A stretch of DNA of 64,000 nucleotides from Mytilus trossulus (lineage: Eukaryota), in NCBI RefSeq assembly GCF_036588685.1, contig NC_086386.1, positions 51,584,001-51,648,000 of the forward strand, given 5' to 3'. Positions 54,365 to 64,000 of the stretch are shown here, piece after piece (the first letter of the stretch is position 1; every line of letters begins with the position of its first letter). The translations under genes were made by a program, and so were the position numbers. Under the pieces are notes generated by a model. It was not told the DNA's origin. It was given only the letters and a program-made list of their open reading frames with translations, and searched no databases.

Positions 54365-54725
54365 CTGCAATTGAAGAAAACAGTTTAAATAATTAAAAAT
54401 ATAACATTCAATTCAATTTAATGATCTGCTACATTTAATTCAGTAAAAGATCAAGGTATTTTAGTGAAATAAATTTGTGTTTTCTTCAATAAATGTCTGG
54501 TTTGCGTATTTTTAACTAATAATGCCATGTTAGTTATGGTCCAGTTTTAATCCAAACAATAATAATAATGGGTGTCATTTGCACTCATTTAAACATGTCA
54601 AAACAGTCATGAAGAGTCTTTCGATTGGATAAATAAAGTAGTTGTGTACAGGAAAATGCTAATACAAATTATATGGTGGTTGTTGCTTTAGTGGACTATT
54701 ACATAGTTATAACTTATATGCTTAC

Positions 54726-54778
54726 CAGTTACATGTGTTCCTTCTCTATCAGAGATGCAACCGTATATATGATGACAC
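54726..54778 (-). CDS. Copy A exon (CHHIYGCISDREGTHVT)
   Basis: ttgcag|...|gtaagc, phase 2 to 1; completes the EGF-like unit. Confidence 0.75.
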
Positions 54779-55676
54779 CTGCAAGAGAAAATGAACAACC
54801 TATAAAACATTTGATAGCTAAAATAGTATTAAACCACAAATTATACAATCTTATGTAATCAATTAAATAAAAAATTGCATTAATATTTCAGAATTAAGCG
54901 ATGCTCTAGATTTAAGATTGGTTGCTAAACAAGAGTTGTTTAGTTTATTCTTTAATTCTTAGGCGATTTTGTTGCGGCTTACCTCATAGGAAATGGCATG
55001 TATGCTAAAGTCTGCATCATACGAAATGGCATCTATGCTAAAGTCTGCATCATACGCTTACATTATCGCGATTTTTGTCGTCGATAATGCCAATGGTTTC
55101 TTTTCTTTCTTTTTTGTATTTAATATCTTTAATCTTGTCTAGCATTTTAATTTCTATTTCGAATCTCCTGTTCCTAATTACTTGACTACGTGTGAATAAT
55201 GTCCTTAACAGAAAAAAAAGTTCGTCAATTATGCGCGCCTTTATGACATTGATTACCAGATAGAGGGGATTATCTGTGTTCCTGCACTATCAAAGCTCAA
55301 CAAGCGTCTTTGTGATAATCATTATGTAGAATTATGGTCAACAAATGTGTATGACCTAACATTTTCCCTTCTACCTACCGTGCAAAGGCTTACTAGCCAA
55401 TTAAGGTCGTTAAAAATCACCAGCTAATTAGTAATTAGAACTTGATCCTAATGAATATGAATCAAAAGGGAAGAAAGTAACGATTCCATCACATGCACGA
55501 ATGATGTTTTCATTTCAACCAAAGTTTTTGACAGAAATGCAACGAAATGAAAGAAATTATGTGAATGAAAAATTTACACTTTGAAAAATTTAAAATGAAA
55601 TGCCCATTCAAGTCTCCAATTTTAAAATTTTAAAAGGTTTTTTTAATTGATTTTTCTTGATTTTTTTTAGACTTAC

Positions 55677-55782
55677 CTTTCATTATCGTTACAGAAACAC
55701 GTCTCTCCACATTTTTCGCCATATTTGCTGTTACGACATGGTTGACATTTAGAACCATCGGATGTAAATCCGAACTCACACA
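55677..55782 (-). CDS. Copy A exon, EGF/laminin-EGF-like (CEFGFTSDGSKCQPCRNSKYGEKCGETCFCNDNER)
   Basis: C...YG.KC...C.C pattern; canonical splice sites; paralog at 44966-45071. Confidence 0.85.
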
Positions 55783-56362
55783 CTGAAAACACAGAGTTTC
55801 ATTAATTATAGAACAACTTTTACTTTTTTTTTTTATCGTTGCTGTATTTTAAAAAAAATTAAGATAAGGCAAGTCTAATATCTAAAGAGAAACGTTCATA
55901 CATTTGGTAAGTGGTTGCGTAATCGTTAGTTAGCCCACAATTCAACCCTTATTGCTGTTTCTTTTTCGTTTAATTGTGCATGTGCTGACGTCCATGATCA
56001 TGAATGCCCAATATCTTTTCTAGTTAAACAAGTAAGGAATACTACACCATTGAGGATCTAAAAACGGAACCAAATGCTAATTTCCAGAAAATCTCCTTTC
56101 TAACTTATGTGAGAGGGTTTTTTTGGAAAAGGGAGAAGGGGGGGGGGGGGGTTTAAATTCAATTTTGATTGATGACTTATAAGTAATGCTAGACAATTTT
56201 CAACAATATTTTAGACAATTGAAAATGAATAAAAGGATTAACGAATTAAGTACATATAACTTTCTTTCATCTATTTTTGAATTTCCTGTTCTTTGACGAT
56301 GATCACATAGCTTTATGATATGTGATTCCTAGATTGTTTGTGATAGAAAATATTTCACATAC

Positions 56363-56442
56363 CTTTACATGTGTTATTTGTGCCTTTTGGTTCAAAGTTG
56401 CGACAACAGAATACTGTTTGAACGGAATTGCCCTCTGACGTA
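56363..56442 (-). CDS. Copy A exon, EMI-like CC motif (TSEGNSVQTVFCCRNFEPKGTNNTCK)
   Basis: ctccag|...|gtatgt, phase 2 to 1; paralog at 45628-45716. Confidence 0.8.
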
Positions 56443-56661
56443 CTGGAGAATAAAATAACGAATTGTTTCAAAAATCATTCTTCCAACCTCAGTAAAATAA
56501 CTCCACACTGATGTTTTACAGCCATTTGCAAATAATATATTAAATTCTGCAATTCACCGATTTGAAAAGTTATTGCTTCGTGTTATTTTTTTTTATGAAA
56601 ATATGTACTTCTTCATTGTCTATAAACTCATCACAGATACCAGGATTAAAATTATATGTTT

Positions 56662-56707
56662 ACGCCAGACGCGCGTTTCGTCTACAGAAGACTCATCAGT
56701 GACGCTC
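56662..56707 (-). ncRNA. Type I hammerhead ribozyme, solo retrozyme fragment (~56620-56790)
   Basis: Intact core and stems on the - strand. Confidence 0.85.
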
Positions 56708-57512
56708 GAATCAAAAAATGTTAAAAGGTCAAATAAAGAAACGAAGTTGAATAACAGTTAGGACCAAAAATTCCTAAACGTTTTGTCAAATGTATCTTAT
56801 TTTTAGCAGGACAAGATTTTGTGGTGATCTTATTTCAAACAGTAACTCAGTCCGATTGGAATAAACTTTGCTTTTAATAATTCGAACACTACTAGTTTAC
56901 CTTTGCAATCAAGCATTGCACTGGTATTAAACACATCCTAGATGATAACATACATGCTGTATGCGTTATACATATAATAAAGCATATGATTAATATGCAC
57001 ATGTTCAATTAACAATAGTATGTTCTTAACGTCTTTATTTGTCACAGAATATATGTAATATAAACATTTATAGAAGTCCATACATAAGTGCAATGGATAA
57101 TTGTTTTCCAAACAATTGTTTCACGTAGTTTATCGTTGCTTCTTTGTATTCAAATATGAAAACATAATAATGGATTTACAACATAATTTTTTATGTAAAA
57201 AAAATTATCATAAACATTTGTAGTACAAACACGAGTGCAGCGGATTTGAGTAACTGTTTTACTTGTTTATTTTTTTTTTTCATTTAGAAGAAACTTTCAC
57301 TTAGTGTTCTTCAACTGTTCCTTGTCTTTAAGGTTTGGAAAATTACCCAAACAGCATTTTTGCACAAAGTAAAAGCTATGAAAACTGTTGTGTAAGGTCT
57401 TTGTATCAGGCCCGAATTAATGATTACATACCTAGTGCATTTAGTTTGTAGATTTAATTTTGTTATGCACAACCAAATTACAATAGAAAAAAAAAGTACA
57501 ATTAGATCTTAC

Positions 57513-57563
57513 CTTCTGTTTCGAAAGCATTGTCCGTTGGTAGATAGCTGACATTTGCATATT
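57513..57563 (-). CDS. Copy A exon ICKCQLSTNGQCFRNR
   Basis: Paralog of 46889-46939; donor gtaag is intact, acceptor mutated. Confidence 0.65.
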
Positions 57564-59674
57564 TTGAAAAAAGAAACTAGAAAAAAGCAAAAAGCGACCT
57601 CATTATACATGTCAGAATTTCCGAATATCCTGTTTTAAGTAAGTACGGATGGAAGTGATGAATGTAAAATTGTGCTTGTTTTATCTAATCAATATAAAAA
57701 AGTTGGAAATTCTATTGAATTAGGTCATTTCTACCAAATTTTCGTTTTCATAAAAAGGCAAATTATAGAGATTTACATATTATCCCAACAACAACAATCA
57801 TCCACAACGACTACTTCGATAAAGAAAAGAAAGACCAACAAACAACATTGATAAAAAAAGGCATACATTTGTATCAATTACAAAATGTCTAACTATGTCA
57901 CTGTCTGTTTTCGTGTTGTGCCTTTAAACCATTTTTCTCAGATTAAGGGAGTAATTAATCAATAACAAATCAAACATGTTTGTCCCGCCTTTTTGCAGTT
58001 AATGTTTGTAATGTGTTGTGATTTCGTTGATTTGTTAAACCTTATGCTTACGGGGCTAAATGTAAGTGATAAACTCACCAATGACGACTGCACGCCTGAA
58101 ATTGCTTGTATCTACCATGTCTACATCACAAACAATTTAGTTCTGTTTACAAATTGCCTTACCTTAATATTTTTCAAAACCAGTGTCCGTCTGACTAAAT
58201 TTGACAACTACAAACAATGAAAATATGTACCAAATGATATTGGCGGACGTAACATGGTTTAGTTTTACTTTTAGTTTGTAACCTGAATTTGTTTTTTTCT
58301 CTATCGATTTACAAATTTTGAACAGCGGTATAATACTTTTGCCTTTATTTATAGTGCCATGCATCTGAAAAAAGATACATAATACAAAATATCAATTATG
58401 AAACTAGTCCTTGACAACAATTTTGTGACTGCAAATCAAAGGATAAAGTTACTGTTTGTGTGAATATAAAGCTTTGCAAATTTTTGATGAACTTGCGGGG
58501 GTCATAATCATTTCAATAAAACAGTCTTAACTTGTAAGTTTATCGTTCTAACTATAACTGAATTGTTATTTTGCATTTGATCATTTATTTCCAAATCACT
58601 TTTCGTTTAATTTAACATTAAAGTGTTTTTGTATTCTGAAATACAATCCTCTTTGTAACTAGTGATGGCTGCAGATTTTCAAAGTGTGTACACTTGATGA
58701 CCTGCTCCTCATCCGTATGTGTATTATTGCCGGGTGGAGAAAAGGTAAAAAAGTCGACCAGAATTTGACACACCAGTTGCATACTATTATATTATGTTCG
58801 GAATAGCATATTTATATATACAAGTAATGTTCTTAATTATTTGAAATCAAAAGTTGCCAAACAAAACGAAAAAAAAAATGTGGTATGATTGCCAATGAGA
58901 AAACTCTCTACAAGAAACCATCTGTTTTCCTATGATGATCAATTGCAATCGGGTGATGATAAAAATAACGTTACTTATTTGATCGTGCTGTTTATAAATA
59001 TTAAAGGAGATGTTTATAATTTGGAGCACCAGTAAACACAATTACACTGTGGTTTTGATTGGGTTTTCAAATCTGATTACCATTCATATTTCATAATTTT
59101 ATAATTGCAAAAACATAAACATGCAAAGTCAGAATATCATATATTGAAGGCTGTGTTTTAAGTTAATTCATAAGTGTAGTTAATACTCATTGATGCCATC
59201 ATCATTATGTACTTTTTCTTCATTTTGATAATACATTGATCAACCAATAACTATCTAACATTTGTAGATAATTCAGTTAAGCATTACTGCTGAATTGATA
59301 ACAGTTACTATAACATGCATTAGTTATTTAATTTATGCCAACTGGTCCGAGCACACAGTCATTTCATATTGCATTTCTTTTAGACATTACATGAAGATTT
59401 TAAAAAATATCAACCAGAGTTTTCTAAATGATATTTTTCAAGTGTGTTGCACTACTTTTGGGACAAATTAGTATAGGTCAGTGCTAAGCCGGTCCATCAT
59501 ATGATATGGGTTTGAGATTGTTACACAAGTTTCTACGGATCTACATAAACATTTTCTGTGGTATATGAAAATAAAAGATTTTACATGTAGGTAGTTGAAA
59601 TAAATGTCATTTTGTTAATTTTCATATATAAGAAGAAGTTGCCAAATATTTATAACAATGAATTTCATTGTTTT

Positions 59675-60900
59675 TCTTATGCACAGAATGCTTGACCCGT
59701 ATTTGGGGATTTCCCAAACCAGGTTATTTTTAGAAATGTAAACAAGGTACAATGTTTTTACAACAACTCGTCGTCAGAACATAGGGAATAATTCATAGTT
59801 TGCTTTTTTTTCTCATTTTATATTCTACTAATATTTTTATTATAGTATATACAGTTTTCATCATTTAGAAAAATAATCATAATAAAGATATCTTTACTTT
59901 CAACATTAGCGATCTCAAAGTTCTTCTTGTTATAGTTAACATGTTTCAGAAAATGAAAGTGATTTTCAAACCTCTCAAATATCCACTTGGCGTCTGTTAA
60001 TACTTGTAATTTTACTATAACCAAACAGATTGAAATTACAATTGTCAGCTATTACGAAAATAATAATTTGCTATCTGACGCTTTATGATTTTTAGTTGTA
60101 GTAAGAAGCAGTGTTATAGTATGTCGTATACCCAATGAACACATGAAGGGGATATGGAGTAAATGTACATTAGACAATAGTAATACGAAAACATGATAAA
60201 ACCCAAATATGGAACGTTTTAATTGTTGTACCTTATATTTATATCCCCATGAGGCATTCGACAATGATCAATATTTCTCATGACTGATAGAAGGTTCACG
60301 TGACCTTTGAATTGGTTTGAGCAGAATTCATTGTTAAATAGCAAACAAAGCTACATTCATATTGTTATGACTGTTATTAGTAGTTGATACTTCACCAAAA
60401 GCGCATACAAATGAAAACATTATGTCTAGGATTTCTAAACCTTTACTAAAAGGGATATTTTGAAATGTGTGTGCCTTAAAGATTTTAATATCTTTTGTCA
60501 AACGAAGTTGGGACAGGGATTTAGTGTTCCATCTGTCCATCGTAGAGTTAAGGTCCATCTATCTAGCGTAAACATATTTATTTTTAGTTTATTTGGAAAC
60601 AAGTTATTTCAATCATATAAATGCCTTTCCACTTTGCGGAAGCGAATGCTGCCAAAAAAAGGAGTTGGCCTTCTTGTTTTCCAAATCTACAAGGGTGTCC
60701 TTTGCGTGCAAAAGATGTTGATCTCTTTTAACACGGTTCAACCATTTATCGTCCCCTTCCGATGGACTATCATCGTTTCGCAAGACCCCACTATAAATAG
60801 TGTCAAGGGAGAGCTGGAACGGGAAGTGGTCCTGATAATATTAATAAGGTTATTTCGACTTACTGATTACATTTTGCGTTAGAGTCCATATTTGAAATAA
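59675..60900 (-). pseudogene. Probable Toll-like receptor pseudogene (LRR - TM - TIR remnants)
   Basis: Broken frames give LRR-like DTLVDLENKKANSFF..GKAFI*LK*L and LSQLRLT..HTFQN..LEILDI..FVC, a hydrophobic LGFIMFSYYYCLMYI, then TIR-like FNLFGYS..DAKWIFERFE..KNFEIANVESKDI..LVWE. Confidence 0.5.
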
Positions 60901-63129
60901 AACTCGTGGGGATATAATATGTTGTCAGTAGATGGGTCTGTAATATTGAGAACCGAGGGTCCTAAAATATGTCATTTTGACAAAAACTTCATTGATGGGA
61001 AAATGAGATGAAAGTCCATATATGAAATGCACCTTTATTTACACAAAAAAACATCCACATTTCCGGCCCGAAAATTTGGTGCGTGCACCAGTTTAATCTC
61101 TTGTATCAACATGTTATCGACTATAACTCCTCATATGGACAATTTTGAGTGACGGCAGTCTTGAAAACGTTTACACCTTCCGAAGTGCTTATTTTTAACC
61201 TTTTTCAGCTGGACAAAAACACTACTTTACTTTAAAATTCATGACCGAAAATTGTTGGCAGTATCATTTTACCGCCCTAAATGCTATTTTAGGCATAACA
61301 CATGGAAAAATAAATTTGGAAGGGTAATAAAAAAAAATGACAAGAAACACACTATTCACATTAGGACTATATTCGTGGAAAACGGGACAACGAAAATCAA
61401 AATGCCGATAATTGTGTACTTGGACTAACTTGTTACGAAGTCTATATTTTCCATTTTTTCACATTTTGGTTTAACGAAATTTATATAAGGAAGTATCCAA
61501 ATTAATTTATTCTAAGTTATAAAAAACATTTTTGAGTTGCTTATCGTTTAAGTACCTCTACAATTAAGTTTCTGGATATCCTTTAACATTAAAGGAATTG
61601 TTGTGGTCTTGAACTATATAATTATGAAGTTCCACCAGAATGGAGGATATCTTAATATACAAGGACCTTCTGAAATAATTGACCAGTTATTAATCTTAAT
61701 ATCTTGAAATGTTTAAGGGCGACCTTAAATATGTTACTTTTTAAATCGACAACCTATACGTTATCTAACCGACTTTTCGACAAAAAATGTTGGTATGCAC
61801 ACACATACATGACCTTTAAAAAGTGTAGCCTACCTTTTACCTGTAATTTAAACGTTAGAATATTCATAAGCGGGAAGAAGATAAAGGTATGGCGCTATCA
61901 TGTCTATCTATTATGTTAAAGGGGATTGTTACTAAATATATTTACACATCCATATATACACATATTTATATAGTTTACACCTATCTAATAATAGACTTAT
62001 ATAATTCAAACAGATACTATCTTGTTGTAAATATTTAAATGTAATTGATTGAACTTAATCATTTGACGTATCATTGTGTTCAACTAAGTGCAGATAGGTG
62101 AAACGGCAATCTTGTCAGTTTTTAAATCGATATCTTTTAACACTTTCACAATATTCTATATTTTTCATTACATACTACATTTTAAGTGATACGTTTTAAG
62201 TTACTGTATACGTTTTGCGCTAGACTATATACAAACCTTCGTTATTGTTTACAGGTCATATGTAAACAACAACATAATATATAGTGTCGTTGCATCAAGA
62301 TCAAACGAATATTCATTGTTGAACATACTCAAACTCACGAATCTCTGTTCGTTTCAAAAGTTTTTTTATGAGAATTGAAATCAGTGAAATTAAGACTTTT
62401 TTTTCGGAACTCATGCACTTTCGTTCCAGAAAAACAATGCAAATCTAGCAATAAATACTTCTTGTAATAAATATTCCCTTATATGAATATACTATATGTT
62501 TTAAAAGCAATATTTTCTACACCGACTTATTTAAGTAATGTAAATGAAATACTTTCAAATAACGTACGACAAATTCAAGAAGAAATCGATGAACACATAT
62601 TCATATTTCATTTAGAGGTTAAGACGATGAATATATATACATTATATAGCCACACTTTGATTATAAGCCCTACTCTGAAATCTTTTTAAGTAAATTCGTA
62701 TTATCCCCTCACATAAGAAAACCTCATCATGTATATATCAAGCTTAATAATTTGGTATGCCGGTCTATTCAATTCAAAAACTGTCATAAATTAAACTGAC
62801 TCATCAAAATGAAACTATTGAAGAAGGCTAGATTTCATATACATACATTAAATACTTGCGACAAATCACAGAATATACATAATGGTATTTGTGTCGTTGG
62901 CTGTTGTCTCTCTGTCTGTTAATGTATTTTATTTAAAGTCATAATTGGTTGTACGAGCCGACAGCGTATATGTGATGGGAATTGTGTGAAGTATTGAATT
63001 GATGTTTTCGAGAAATTTCCGATATACATTTTATGTATTAAACTATTATTAATCAAATAATAAAACAACAAAGAAAAACATAAACATGCTGGTTAAATAA
63101 ATGTGAAAATAAAAGACACAGACTCTCTT

Positions 63130-63505
63130 TAAAATTAAATACATTTTAATGTGCGTATTGTTGTGCGTTTACATTGGCTATAGGTAAAGGGGAGGGTTGA
63201 GATATCATCAACATGTTTAACCCCGCCACAATTTTACGCCTGTCCCAACATATGCCCAAGTCAGGAGCCTCTGGCCTTTGTTAGTCTTGTATGATTTTTA
63301 ATTTTAGTTTTTTGTGTATAATTCGGAGTTAAGTATGACGTCTATTATCACTGTACTAGTATACATATTTTGAGGGGCCAGCTGAATGACATCTACGGGT
63401 GCTGGAATTGCTATATTGAGGACCAATTGATGGCCCTCGGCTGCTGTCTGCTCAATGGTTGTGTTGTTGTCGCTTTGACACATTCCCCATTTTCTTTCTA
63501 AATTT
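63130..63505 (+). repeat. SINE-like repeat (Nin/Deu-like core)
   Basis: tttaaccccgccaca..cctgtcccaa..gtcaggagcct; tail ctttgacacattccccatt shared with ~34050-34100 and ~49850. Confidence 0.65.
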
Positions 63506-64000
63506 AACATACATGTTCACGCATCCAAAATATTACTTGATTTGTATTGCAACTTGAATAGATACGGCTTTTATATGTTCTGTACAGTCTGTTTTTTATC
63601 ATCATTACGAAGGTAAAATGGTAGTCTCGTTCATTAAAAACAGCACAACAAAATAATACGTGATTGGTATTTTGGACAGTTAATTCATTGCACATCGTAA
63701 GAAATAAAAACATAAAGAATGATCACGATCTTGAAAGTTATTTGCATGACCTTCTGTCTTAAGTCATCTGAAATGTCGAAACAAAGTCTTTACGTGTTGC
63801 AATCATTAACAAGTTTCTATTAACGAATTAAGAGAGAATGTGGAACACACATCGCGATGATATCAACGTAAAGATTGAAATCAAAATGTGAATAATTGTT
63901 TTCTCAATCAATGTTTTTTTCAAAAATATGTACATCTCTTTTCTTCCAGCATGACTTCTAGACTTTTGCAGACAGTTCTGTTGGTATGTCTATATGTTTT

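Larger units (their letters stand above)
50980..57563 (-). pseudogene. CED-1/MEGF10/SCARF-like single-pass receptor, copy A (apparently damaged)
   Basis: Exons 57513-57563, 56363-56442, 55677-55782, 54726-54778, 54317-54364 and 51146-51633 splice in phase. Lesions: AG-to-AA acceptor at 57564-57565 and a probable frameshift at ~51169. No signal exon found. Confidence 0.7.

Noticed and set aside
60460-60882. 140-aa + strand ORF
   Set aside because: No recognisable motif; probably a shadow of the - strand TLR-like remnant.

Overview
AT-rich, intron-containing eukaryotic DNA. The repeat content and gene families point to a bivalve mollusc, most likely a Mytilus mussel (inference). The ORF track is mostly noise, so genes were rebuilt from GT-AG exons with consistent phases. 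(1) A + strand gene (~1.4/4.85-22.8 kb) encodes a TNFR-like Cys-rich ectodomain, one TM helix and a cytoplasmic STAND-type P-loop NTPase (nSTAND3-like), followed by a decayed ankyrin remnant. This putative single-pass 'receptor-STAND' is the main candidate for an undescribed system. A decayed DIRS/Ngaro tyrosine-recombinase retrotransposon sits in the intron between its TM and NTPase exons. (2) Two exons of a paralogous ectodomain lie at 37.2-38.6 kb. (3) Tandem-duplicated - strand CED-1/MEGF10-like receptor genes lie at 29-58 kb, with Tyr motifs and a frameshift-hidden NPxY. (4) A probable TLR pseudogene lies at ~59.7-60.9 kb. (5) The window also has many type I hammerhead ribozymes, including 354-355 nt tandem retrozyme arrays, plus Naiad-type Penelope RT fragments, a LINE fragment, a CACTA MITE with a 3-bp TSD, SINE-like repeats and an intronic satellite. 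Overall it looks like a birth-and-death cluster of innate-immune receptors. All family assignments come from motif recognition by eye; no database searches were run.
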